The notes below the pieces were generated by a model, which made no database searches, was not told the origin of the DNA, and was given only the letters and a program-made list of their open reading frames with translations. Positions 9,773-19,334 of a stretch of 64,000 nucleotides of DNA are shown here, piece by piece. Numbering within the stretch: the first letter of the stretch is position 1; each line of letters begins with the position of its first letter. The translations under genes and the position numbers were made by a program. The stretch is from Candidatus Poribacteria bacterium (GTDB taxonomy: Bacteria > Poribacteria > WGA-4E > WGA-3G), in assembly GCA_965242965.1 (NCBI GenBank), contig OZ251518.1, positions 4,960,001 through 5,024,000 of the forward strand. The letters run 5' to 3'.

Positions 9773-12373
9773 CTAAAAATCGTAATTCACCTTAGCATAC
9801 CAAAACGCGCCGCCAAACCCATAAGGACTATACTCGCCGAAAGGTCTGCCAACGCTATCCGCTGGGAGCTCACCTTCGGTAACGTTGTCAGGTTCAACGT
9901 TGAGGACATTTTGGACACCGACGGTGAGAGACATGTTCTCAATAAACGCGTAGTTTGCCTCAAGATCGACGAGAAACGCGCCGCCATAAACCTGTTCACC
10001 GACAGCATTTTCATACCACGGGCCATAGTAATTGACACGTCCAAGCACGCCCAAGTTATCGAGAATTTCTTGTGTCAAAGTGACATTCCCGCGGTGCCGC
10101 GGCAGTCCTTCTTCCAAGAGTCTGACGCGCTTGTCGTCCAGAATGTCTGCATTCCGCTCGGTAACTTCGGTGCTTGTCCAGTTGTAGGCGAGACTTACTG
10201 CCCCTTCAAGCATCGGGATAGTGAGCACGACATCAATGCCTTGCGTGCTGGTTTCAAATTCGTTGGTAAAGAACCGAAATTCCTGCAGGTTGCCCGCGCT
10301 CGTGATTCCTTCGGCGACGAGTTTCTGAATATCTGATTCGCTAATATCCTCGCCGCGTGTGAAATCCTTTGAGGGAGCAAGCCGGTCTTCCACGCGGATA
10401 TTGAAATAGTCCACCGTGACGCTGACGCTGTCGTGGTTGATAACCGTTCCAAGCGTGATGTTGGTAGACGTTTCTGGCTCAAGTGCCGTGCCTCCCACTA
10501 ACCCCGCGGCGGCGTGCGTGGAGGGAATCGTGCCTTTATTGACAAGTTTCCCATCTGCACCGAATTCGGTTGTGACGTTAAAGGCGTTCTGCTGTCCGGG
10601 TGTCGGTGCCCGGAACCCGGTGTTATAGCTGCCGCGCACGCGCCAATCAACAGGCATATCCATCGCGGCGAGTGCCATCAGCGAATCAGTAATCCCGAAA
10701 TTCGTTGCCACCTTGTAGTTGAGGGTGCTCCCGAAATCGTCAAAGTATTCGCCGCGGAGCGCAAGCCCCAGCAGCCAGTAGTCAACCGGTCTTAACTCCG
10801 TTTCCACATAACCTGCGTAGTTGGCGCGAGTCCAACTGCCCTCGGCGATATCGCTGAAACCGGGAAACCCGTTGGAACCAGAACTAAAGCCTTGGCTCGC
10901 TAATGGACCGATTTCCCAAGACTCCGACTGTCCCGCCACAATTTCAAAACTTTCTATCCGATATTCCGCACCCGCGGCGAGGAAAACCTTGTCATGTAGC
11001 GGATAGGTGAGATCGAGGTTGATGTTCACCTGGTCTTGGATATAATCGCCCGGGTCAAATTCGGTCGGTGTATCGGGACCGAGGGAGGCGTTCACCGTGT
11101 TTTTGATAAAGAAATCGGATTGATGTCCGCCGCAAGAACCACTCAGATCCCACCCCAGTTTCTCTGCCAACGTGCCTCTGAGGCCAAGGAGACCTGAGGC
11201 ATCAATGGTATTCGCGCCGAAGCGTGGCGTGAAACCGCCGGGGAAAAGTTCCTGGAAAGTGAAAAGATTCGGATCGGAGAGAACCTGCTGCAAAGCGGCG
11301 GACTCGGGACGATTGTTCACTATTGCGACTGTTGGGACTTCGCCCGTGCCGGATAACCGCCCAACGAGCAAGGTTTCGCCACCGTCTTTACTATAGACAG
11401 CACCGCGCGTATTAGGATTCCGGAAATAGAAGCCGCCTTCTACTTCTTTCTGCGCGAAGTTTCCGTGTCCATAGAGTTGGACAGTCTCCGTGATGTCCGC
11501 GCCGTAGTTGGCGAAAAATTTCAGGTCATTCCGGACAATAGGCAAGCCCCACGGTTGCGCCGGGTCTGCCACATCGGTATTGCCAGCTGCTATGAGTGCC
11601 AGTGCATCGGCACGCTGCACGGACCGGTCAGTCTCATCAGCGTTCCCGTATTCCAGGCTGAGATTCGCCCAGAGTTCTTCGCGTCCGAGTCCGATATTTC
11701 CGGCGAAAGAATAGGCGAGTCCATCACCGGCTTGGAAAATACTCGGCTTGATTTGGAAGGAACCGCCGCTGTAATTGTCTTTCAGTTTCAGATTCATCAC
11801 GCCAGCGATGGCATCGGAGCCGTATTGTGCCGATGCGCCGTCACGGAGCACTTCCACCTGTTTCAAAGCGATGGAGGGGATAGGCGAGAGGTCTGCGCCT
11901 TGTGCGCCATCAGAAATCCCGTTGCCAAGCCAATAAATGACAGAGGCGCGATGACGGCGTTTGCCGTTAACGAGGAGTAACGTGTGGTCTGGCGCGAGTC
12001 CGCGAAGGTTCGCTGGACGCACGACAGTCGCCGCATCGCTAATCGGCTGCGCGTTCACGTTGTAAGAGGGAACGACATTTCTCAGCAGGTCTGGTAAGTC
12101 TGTCCCGGCTTGCTTAACAAATTCTTCACCGCCGAGGACATCAATCGGCACGGCGGATTCAATTACGGAGCGCGGTTGCGCGCGGGAACCGACGGTGACA
12201 ACACCTTCAATCTGCACGACATCTGCGCCTGCAGGTTGTTCTATCGCCTCTTGGGTTTGGGCGGTAGCTTCTTCCTCGCTTTCATGTCCCTCAGCCTGTG
12301 CTATTGAAGGGAAAAAGGCAGCAAGAACGCCTAGAACAAGCATCATTTTCAACATGATGGTGTGCTTCATCAT
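9773..12373 (-). CDS. TonB-dependent receptor 1
   Basis: Signal peptide; plug NLRGL...LVNGKR and VEVLRDGASAQYGSDAIAGV; C-terminal Phe. Confidence 0.95.
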   Translation of the reverse strand: MMKHTIMLKMMLVLGVLAAFFPSIAQAEGHESEEEATAQTQEAIEQPAGADVVQIEGVVTVGSRAQPRSVIESAVPIDVLGGEEFVKQAGTDLPDLLRNVVPSYNVNAQPISDAATVVRPANLRGLAPDHTLLLVNGKRRHRASVIYWLGNGISDGAQGADLSPIPSIALKQVEVLRDGASAQYGSDAIAGVMNLKLKDNYSGGSFQIKPSIFQAGDGLAYSFAGNIGLGREELWANLSLEYGNADETDRSVQRADALALIAAGNTDVADPAQPWGLPIVRNDLKFFANYGADITETVQLYGHGNFAQKEVEGGFYFRNPNTRGAVYSKDGGETLLVGRLSGTGEVPTVAIVNNRPESAALQQVLSDPNLFTFQELFPGGFTPRFGANTIDASGLLGLRGTLAEKLGWDLSGSCGGHQSDFFIKNTVNASLGPDTPTEFDPGDYIQDQVNINLDLTYPLHDKVFLAAGAEYRIESFEIVAGQSESWEIGPLASQGFSSGSNGFPGFSDIAEGSWTRANYAGYVETELRPVDYWLLGLALRGEYFDDFGSTLNYKVATNFGITDSLMALAAMDMPVDWRVRGSYNTGFRAPTPGQQNAFNVTTEFGADGKLVNKGTIPSTHAAAGLVGGTALEPETSTNITLGTVINHDSVSVTVDYFNIRVEDRLAPSKDFTRGEDISESDIQKLVAEGITSAGNLQEFRFFTNEFETSTQGIDVVLTIPMLEGAVSLAYNWTSTEVTERNADILDDKRVRLLEEGLPRHRGNVTLTQEILDNLGVLGRVNYYGPWYENAVGEQVYGGAFLVDLEANYAFIENMSLTVGVQNVLNVEPDNVTEGELPADSVGRPFGEYSPYGFGGAFWYAKVNYDF

Positions 12374-12547
12374 TCAGAACTCCTTTTAATTTTTAAGTAT
12401 TACGTTTGGTAGATTGTTTTGGATAGGACTTAGGCAGCCTCAACACCGTAGGTTCGCGTTGTCCGCACACACGCGCGACTTCGCCGGTGCATGGTTGAAA
12501 ACCGCGCCTACCGGTGAGGTGCATAAGTTTCGCTAGGATAGGAAAAA

Positions 12548-12570
12548 GGGCGGATATGTCATACCCGCCC
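12548..12570 (-). terminator. Intrinsic terminator after TBDR2
   Basis: GGGCGG...CCGCCC stem followed by a T-run on the minus strand. Confidence 0.6.
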
Positions 12571-12581
12571 TGCCGACAACC

Positions 12582-15146
12582 CTAGAAGTTGTAGTTCGCT
12601 TTGGCATACCAGAACGCGCCGGCAAAACCAAACGGGCTGTATTCGCCGTAGAGGTTCCCGAATCGATAGGGTTGTAGAATTTTATCGGGATAGTTGTTCA
12701 AGATATTCTGCGCACCGACGGTAAGCGAGATGCCGGTGTCGGTGAATGCGTAGGTGGTTTCAACATCAAAAACCATCTCGCTGCTGAATGTATGTTCAAC
12801 GAGTGTGCCTTCCCACCAACCGCCGAAGTAGCTCGCGCGTCCGAGGACATCCCAGTTCGCGTTCACGGGTTGCCGCATGGTAAGACTCCATCGGTTTTTC
12901 GGAACGCCTTCTTCGAGGAGCCGGATACGCAGTTCACCGGTAAGATCCGTGGAATCGGTGACTTCGGTATCGGTATAGTTATAGGCGAGACTGACATCGC
13001 CTTTTCCTACCGGCGCGGTGAGGACGACATCAATACCCTGTGTCCGGGTAGTAAAGTCGTTGACAAAGAACCGGAATCTTTGCAGATTGCCCGCGCTCGT
13101 GATGCCAGCGGCGAGAAGTTGCTGCCGCTCCGCGTCTGTCAACTCAAAATTCTTTGAAAGCGACAGCCGGTCTTTTACCTCAATATTGAAATAGTCAAGG
13201 GTAACGTTGACTTCAGAGAGCAACACGATGATGCCCGCTGTGATATTGATAGACGTTTCCGGCTGCAGTGCTTCGCCGCCTTTGAGTTCGGCAGCGGCGT
13301 TGGTTGACGGAATCGTGCCGTTGTTCACCAGGTCATTGTTCTCAACGTCAAATTCAGTTGTGACGTTAAAGGCGTTCTGTTGCCCGGGTGTCGGTGCTCT
13401 GAATCCGGTACTGAAACTGCCACGCAACTTCAGTTCATCCGTAACGCCGAAGTTCGTCGCGAGTTTGTAGTTAAGCGTGCTGCCGAAGTCATCGAAGTTT
13501 TCACCGCGGACAGCGGCACCCAGCAGCCAGTTTTGCACCGGCCGGAATTCGGCTTCAACATAACCTGCGACGTTGGCGCGGTCCCACGTGCCGGAGGCAA
13601 CTTCGCTGAACCCCGGAAAACCGTTGGAAGCCGCACTAAACCCTTGTCCAGCCAGCGGACCGATTTCAAAGGATTCTTTTTGGCCCTGCACAATCTCAAA
13701 GCGTTCTATCCGATATTCAGCCCCGCCCGCGAGGAATAACTCGTTCATGACAGGATACGTGAAGTCGGCGTTAAAGTTGAGATCCCACTGAATGTAATCA
13801 CCGGGATTGAATTCGGTTGGCGTATCAGGTCCTAGAGAGGCATTGACGGTATTGTTGATAAAAAAGTCCGACACATGTTCACCATGAGACGCACTGATGT
13901 CCCAGCCCAATTTTTCTGCAACCGTCCCGCGCACGCCGAGGACGACAGATCTATCCTTGGTATCCGCGCCGAAGCGGGGGGTGAAACCCCCAGGGAACAT
14001 TTCTTGGAATGAGAACAAGTTATCGTCATCTTTGACGGTGGCTAGTGCCGCTGAGTCAGGAACGTTGTTAGTGACTGCAACAACCGGCACTTCGCCTGCT
14101 CCACTCAGATTTCCGATAAGAAGCGTGCTTCCACCATCGTTGCTGAATACGCTGCCGCGGGTGTTTGGATTACGGAAGAAGAACCCACCCTCAACGCGCT
14201 TTTGAGCGTAGTTAGCGTGCCCATAGAAATTGGCCACGTCTTCAACGAGGGTCGCGCCGTAATTCGCGAAGAGTTTCAAGTCATCTGCAATTTCGGGCTG
14301 CCCCCAAATCTGTGCAGGATCGTTCACACGGGTATTGCCTGCGGCAATCAGTCCCTCGGCATCAATACGTTGGACAGAACGGATAGTGTCACCGGAATAA
14401 CCGTATTCAAGGCTCAGGTTCGTCCAAAGGTCTTTCCTACCGAGGCCGAGATTCGCGGCGATAGAATACAATTCACCGTCGCCATCTTGGAATGCCCCGG
14501 CTTTGGTTTCGATGGCGATGCCTTCGTAGTTATCACGCAACTGGAAGTTCATCACACCGGCGATGGCATCGGAGCCATACTGTGCCGATGCGCCATCACG
14601 GAGCACTTCCACCTGTTTCAGCGCGATGGCCGGAATAGCGGAAAGATCTGGCCCTTGCGCGCCATCGGAGATACCGTTGCCGAGCCAATAAATGACAGAG
14701 GCACGGTGGCGGCGTTTGCCGTTGACAAGCACCAACGTGTGGTCTGGGGCAAGTCCCCGTAAGTTCGCCGGCCGCACGACAGTCGCCGCATCGCTGATAG
14801 GCTGCGTGTTGATATTGTAAGAGGGAACGACGTTTCGCAAAAGGTCATTCAAGTCGGTTCCACCCTGCTTGACGAATTCCCCACTGCCGAGGACATCAAT
14901 CGGCACAGTCGAGTCGATAACGGAGCGCGGTTGCGCGCGAGAACCGACGGTGACGATACCTTCAATCTGCACTACGTCTGCGGTTAAGGTTTGTTCCGCT
15001 GCTTCTTCAGGTTCCGTTTCAGCGGCAACCTCTTCGGTGCTTTCGTGTCCTTCAGCTTGCACAAGCACCGGGAACAGTGCGAAAAGCACTGCAATCATGC
15101 TAAATACAAAAACGATATGGCGAGAATTTACCGTTCGTTTCATCAT
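12582..15146 (-). CDS. TonB-dependent receptor 2 (paralog of receptor 1)
   Basis: Same plug motifs; C-terminal YNF. Confidence 0.95.
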   Translation of the reverse strand: MMKRTVNSRHIVFVFSMIAVLFALFPVLVQAEGHESTEEVAAETEPEEAAEQTLTADVVQIEGIVTVGSRAQPRSVIDSTVPIDVLGSGEFVKQGGTDLNDLLRNVVPSYNINTQPISDAATVVRPANLRGLAPDHTLVLVNGKRRHRASVIYWLGNGISDGAQGPDLSAIPAIALKQVEVLRDGASAQYGSDAIAGVMNFQLRDNYEGIAIETKAGAFQDGDGELYSIAANLGLGRKDLWTNLSLEYGYSGDTIRSVQRIDAEGLIAAGNTRVNDPAQIWGQPEIADDLKLFANYGATLVEDVANFYGHANYAQKRVEGGFFFRNPNTRGSVFSNDGGSTLLIGNLSGAGEVPVVAVTNNVPDSAALATVKDDDNLFSFQEMFPGGFTPRFGADTKDRSVVLGVRGTVAEKLGWDISASHGEHVSDFFINNTVNASLGPDTPTEFNPGDYIQWDLNFNADFTYPVMNELFLAGGAEYRIERFEIVQGQKESFEIGPLAGQGFSAASNGFPGFSEVASGTWDRANVAGYVEAEFRPVQNWLLGAAVRGENFDDFGSTLNYKLATNFGVTDELKLRGSFSTGFRAPTPGQQNAFNVTTEFDVENNDLVNNGTIPSTNAAAELKGGEALQPETSINITAGIIVLLSEVNVTLDYFNIEVKDRLSLSKNFELTDAERQQLLAAGITSAGNLQRFRFFVNDFTTRTQGIDVVLTAPVGKGDVSLAYNYTDTEVTDSTDLTGELRIRLLEEGVPKNRWSLTMRQPVNANWDVLGRASYFGGWWEGTLVEHTFSSEMVFDVETTYAFTDTGISLTVGAQNILNNYPDKILQPYRFGNLYGEYSPFGFAGAFWYAKANYNF

Positions 15147-15480
15147 TCTGTATTCTCCTTAATTGGATAAATTTCAGAGTCATTTACCGTTTTAAATGAC
15201 AAAAGGGTCCTGTCAAACTTATGTTCAGGGCACAACCGGTGCGACAAGGCGCGTAGAGCGGCGCGACCTTCGCTGGCGCGCCACGCAGACAGGCTTAAAT
15301 AGAATTGCCTGTTACCCTCATATTTCGCATTTCAGTAGCCACATGTTACACAGTTAGACAGTACCCTCAAATAGTTCTGCAAAATTTCTATGCGTCGCTC
15401 GCCGACAGAAAGCCACGTTATTCCACACGTCCTTCCAAAGGACAGTAGACGCTTACGCTTATCCGTGCGAGCCGTTATAT

Positions 15481-15509
15481 AGTATACCACAAACAAGGCG
15501 GTTTGTCAA
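15481..15509 (-). promoter_or_regulatory. Sigma70-type promoter for the TBDR genes
   Basis: TTGACA-17 bp-TATACT with extended -10 TG. Confidence 0.75.
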
Positions 15510-15592
15510 ATTTATTTTTACAAAGCAGGGAATTTGCTGAATTTTCGTTGCTATTTGTAAAAAAGATGGTATAATAGAGGAAGAATTAATAT

Positions 15593-16013
15593 GAGGGTGT
15601 TTCATATTTTTTTCGATGTGTTCGGTAGGAGAGACCTCGGGGCTCGATTTCCGGTAGGAGAGACCTCCTGGTCTCGATGCAATAGGCGGCAGAAAGCCCC
15701 CTTGCAAAAACGTCTCTTAGGTCCTAAAGGACCTAAAACGCCACCGCTTGACGATGGAGTTCGCGGGGGACAGGCCCCCGCGCTACGGTAAAAAACAGTC
15801 CCCTTCAGCGTAGGGTGAGGGCCTGTCCCTCGCCATGCGTTTGGTTGGCAGACTGCATCACCCCTGTAGGTCAGGATCGTCCGATCCTGACCCGTTTTAC
15901 CGCCCGCAGGCGATCCCGAACTACAGAGGTGGGCCCGATGTCTTCCAGTAGGAGAAATCTCAAGACCAGGAGGTCTCTCCTACCGGGAAGCCATCGATTT
16001 ATGAAACACCCTC
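15593..16013. mobile_element. TIR-bounded REP cassette (MITE-like)
   Basis: GAGGGTGTTTCAT at 15593 and ATGAAACACCCTC at 16001-16013 enclose several REPs. Confidence 0.75.
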
Positions 16014-16089
16014 ACTTAAAGGGAAGCCCAGCCTACAAGCGAAAAGGACGTGCTTATCAAAAACTGCATTACGATACTTGGAGAACCTT

Positions 16090-17325
16090 GTGAATATTGA
16101 TACTTTAAAAGGAAAAACAATCGGTGCCGCCGTGTCGGGCGGCTTAGATAGCTGCACTATCACCAAATGGTTAGTCGATAACGGCGTCAACGTCGTCTGT
16201 TTTACGGCAGACCTCGGGCAGCCCGATGAGCGCGACGTTTCTGAAATTCGGGAACGGATGTTAGCGTGCGGTGCTGAAGAAGCCGTTATCGTGGATGCCA
16301 AAGCCGCGCTCGCCGAAGAAGGCATCCGGCTTATCCAATCTCAAGCAATGTATGAAGGTGGATATTGGAATACCACCGGCATTGCGCGGCATGTCACGGT
16401 AAAGGCACTTTTGCCGGAGATGGAGAAGCGCGGCATCACCATTTTAACGCACGGCGCGACCGGCCGTGGAAATGACCAGGTGCGGTTTCAACTCGCCACG
16501 AATATGCTCAATCCGCACTTCTCTGTCTATGCCCCGTGGCGCGATGCCAAGTTTCTTGAAATCTTCGGCGGCAGAAAAGAGATGATAGACTTCTGTGAAG
16601 CGCGCGGCTTGCCTATCACTGCGACACACGAGAAACCTTACTCAACCGATGCCAATTTATTGGGCTTAACACACGAAGCGGGGAGGTTAGAATCGCTCAA
16701 GACACCGGCAGGATTTATCACGCCGGGAATGGGGGTTCATCCGAAAGACGCGCCTGATGCAGCGGAACACGTCACCGTCACCTTTTCACGGGGCATCCCG
16801 GTTGAAGTGAACGGCAGTCCTGTCACGCCGTTGCAAAGTTTGCTAGAGGCGAACCGCATCGGCGGCAGAAACGGGGTTGGCATCGGCATCCACACGGTGG
16901 AGAACCGGTTCGTTGGCATCAAGAGCCGCGGTGTTTATGAATCGCCGGGGATGGAACTGCTCGGGAAGTGCTACGAATATCTGCTGCAGCTGATTTTAGA
17001 TAGAAGGGCGCGCCGACATTTCAACGACGTTGCCGCCACTATCGCGGAACAAGTTTATCAGGGATACGGATTTGACGCGGCGACGCAGGCGTTGCATGCC
17101 TCTATTGCGCACTTAACCCGCTTGGCAACCGGCACCATCACCGTCGCGCTTTACAAAGGGAATGTTGCGTTCCATGCTGCGGGCGGTGCGCCGCATTCAC
17201 TCTACTCTGAAGAAACCGCCTCTATGGAAGCAATCGGCGATTTTGACCACGGTGATTCGGAAGGCTTTTTAGGCGTGCTTGGCGTTGGCGCGCGTGCATC
17301 CGCTGTCGCTGGACAAACCCGGTAG
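16090..17325 (+). CDS. argG: Argininosuccinate synthase
   Basis: AVSGGLDS, HGATGRGNDQVRF, YSTDANLLG, ENRFVGIKSRGVYESPG. Confidence 0.95.
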   Translation: MNIDTLKGKTIGAAVSGGLDSCTITKWLVDNGVNVVCFTADLGQPDERDVSEIRERMLACGAEEAVIVDAKAALAEEGIRLIQSQAMYEGGYWNTTGIARHVTVKALLPEMEKRGITILTHGATGRGNDQVRFQLATNMLNPHFSVYAPWRDAKFLEIFGGRKEMIDFCEARGLPITATHEKPYSTDANLLGLTHEAGRLESLKTPAGFITPGMGVHPKDAPDAAEHVTVTFSRGIPVEVNGSPVTPLQSLLEANRIGGRNGVGIGIHTVENRFVGIKSRGVYESPGMELLGKCYEYLLQLILDRRARRHFNDVAATIAEQVYQGYGFDAATQALHASIAHLTRLATGTITVALYKGNVAFHAAGGAPHSLYSEETASMEAIGDFDHGDSEGFLGVLGVGARASAVAGQTR

Positions 17326-17495
17326 GAGAGACCTCCTGGTCTCGATGGAGCGATGTTCCCGTAGGAGAGACCTCCCGGTCGCGATGGAAGCGATGTTCCA
17401 GTAGGAGAGACCGGGAGGCCACCGGCAATTCCCTATTTTTCACGGCAGCGCGGGGGCCTGTCCTCGCGCTGCTGAGCTATTTATGAAACACCCTC
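17321..17495. repeat. REP cluster with one TIR end (17483-17495)
   Basis: Three GTAGGAGAGACC REPs followed by ATGAAACACCCTC. Confidence 0.85.
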
Positions 17496-17501
17496 ACTGA
17501 C

Positions 17502-18494
17502 TTAGGGTACCTCAATCTTCGCGAACACCTGCTCAACGATACTTTCCACATCACGTCCTTCCGCCTCAGCTTCATAACTGATACTCACGCGATGCCGCAG
17601 CACATCCATGCCGACGGCGTGAATATCTTCCGGTGTGACGTAGCCGCGTTGCGAGAGAAACGCCCGTGCCCGCGCTGCAAGCGCGAGGAAGATGGTGGCG
17701 CGCGGCGACGCGCCGTATTCAATCAGTGGACTCAGCTCGGATAACTGATATGTCTCCGGGGCGCGCGTCGCGCAGACTAAATCGACGATGTAGGTTTCCA
17801 ACTGCGCCGCCATGTAGATGTTGCACACTATCTCTCGGAAACGGATGATGTCTTCGGGGGAAATTACGCGCTGAATGTCAGGAATCTCTTCGGTTGTCAT
17901 GCGCCGCAGGATTTGCAATTCCTCTGCGTGCGTCGGGTAATCCACCCGAATTTTTAGCATAAACCTATCCACCTGCGCTTCGGGGAGGGGGTAGGTGCCT
18001 TCTTGCTCGATGGGATTCTGCGTCGCCAAAACGAGGAACGGTTCATCAAGCGGATAAGTCGTGCCGCCGATGGTGACTTGTCGTTCCTGCATCGCTTCGA
18101 GTAGCGCGCTTTGCACTTTGGCGGGCGCGCGGTTAATCTCATCGGCGAGGATGACGTTTGCGAAAACCGGTCCCTTTTTGGTGTAGAAATCGCCGCGCCC
18201 CTGGTCATAGATGAGTGTGCCAACCAGGTCTGCCGGGAGCAAATCGGGTGTAAATTGGATGCGATTGAAGGAGGCATCGATAGTCCGAGCCAGCGCGCTC
18301 ACGGCGGTAGTTTTGGCGAGTCCGGGCACGCCTTCCAGCAGGATGTGTCCGTTGCAAAGCAGTCCGATGATGAGTCCCTCTAGCAAATCGCGCTGCCCGA
18401 CAATCATCTTCCCTGTCTCGGCGAGAATTTGTTGGATGAGCCCGCTGTCTGCTTCAATGCGAGCGTTCATTGCGTCTAAGTCGTATTGTTGCAT
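17502..18494 (-). CDS. MoxR-family AAA+ ATPase
   Basis: LEGVPGLAKT, RIQFTPDLLPAD, LADEINRAPAKVQSALLEAMQE. Confidence 0.95.
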   Translation of the reverse strand: MQQYDLDAMNARIEADSGLIQQILAETGKMIVGQRDLLEGLIIGLLCNGHILLEGVPGLAKTTAVSALARTIDASFNRIQFTPDLLPADLVGTLIYDQGRGDFYTKKGPVFANVILADEINRAPAKVQSALLEAMQERQVTIGGTTYPLDEPFLVLATQNPIEQEGTYPLPEAQVDRFMLKIRVDYPTHAEELQILRRMTTEEIPDIQRVISPEDIIRFREIVCNIYMAAQLETYIVDLVCATRAPETYQLSELSPLIEYGASPRATIFLALAARARAFLSQRGYVTPEDIHAVGMDVLRHRVSISYEAEAEGRDVESIVEQVFAKIEVP

Positions 18495-18585
18495 TTTTTT
18501 TGTTGGAAACGCTGATGCAAAACGGCAACGGCTAAACCCGAAAAGGCGCGGGCTCCGTAACGCCCGCGCTATTCGCTATTTAAGT

Positions 18586-19332
18586 GAGAGTGTTTCATAT
18601 CTCGATGTCTTCCCGGTAGGAGAGACCTCCTGGTCTCGATGTTCCCGTAGCGCGGGGGCCCTCGGAGGTTTCCATACGCGCATCCGAGCGGGTTTCCCCC
18701 GCGATGGCTCAAGAACCGTTTTTTATCGTAGCGCGGGGGCCTGTCCCCCGCGAACTCCATCGGCAAGAGTGGCGTTTTAGGTCCTTTAGGACCTACATGT
18801 CTATAGAAAAACGTGCCGTGCCGTTTTCAAGGGCCTTTAGGTCCTTAATAAAACCCGCGTGGCCCTGGCAAAATCCATTAAGGACCTAAAGGACCTTAGC
18901 GTTCTTCGCAGCCGCACGTGCTATAGACATTAAGGTCCTACGGACCTAAGAGACGTTTTTCCATAGCGCGGACGATGGCGAGGGACAGGCCCCCGCCCTA
19001 CGGTGAAAGGGAGGGCTTTCCTCTTACCGTAGCGCGGGGGCCTGTCCCCCGCGATTGTTGGATTGCGCGTGCATGCACGATGCGAGGGAAACCCTCTCGC
19101 ATGCGCGTGTGGCATCCGAGGGCCCTCGCCCTACGTAAAGGGGTGGCGTTTTTTTATCACCGTAGCGCGGGGGCCTGTCCCCCGCGAGTTTCCAGTAGAG
19201 CGCAGCATAGCGAGGGACAGGCCCTCGCCCTACGTAAAGGGGCGGCGTTTTTTATCGTAGCGCGGGGGCCTGTCCCCCGCGAGCGTTGGATTGCGCGGAC
19301 GATGACAGGGTGGCGATTTATGAAACACCCGC
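18586..19332. mobile_element. TIR-bounded REP cassette with 8-bp flanking direct repeat ATTTAAGT
   Basis: GAGAGTGTTTCAT...ATGAAACACCCGC; ATTTAAGT at 18578-18585 and 19333-19340. Confidence 0.8.
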
Positions 19333-19334
19333 AT

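Noticed and set aside
9773-15146. Diversity-generating retroelement suggested by similar segments in the paired TBDRs and SBPs
   Set aside because: There is no reverse transcriptase, and the differences are not adenine-specific; this is ordinary paralogy.
15147-15480. Known riboswitch (cobalamin, TPP, purine, ZTP)
   Set aside because: No diagnostic consensus could be recognised by eye; kept only as an unknown leader.
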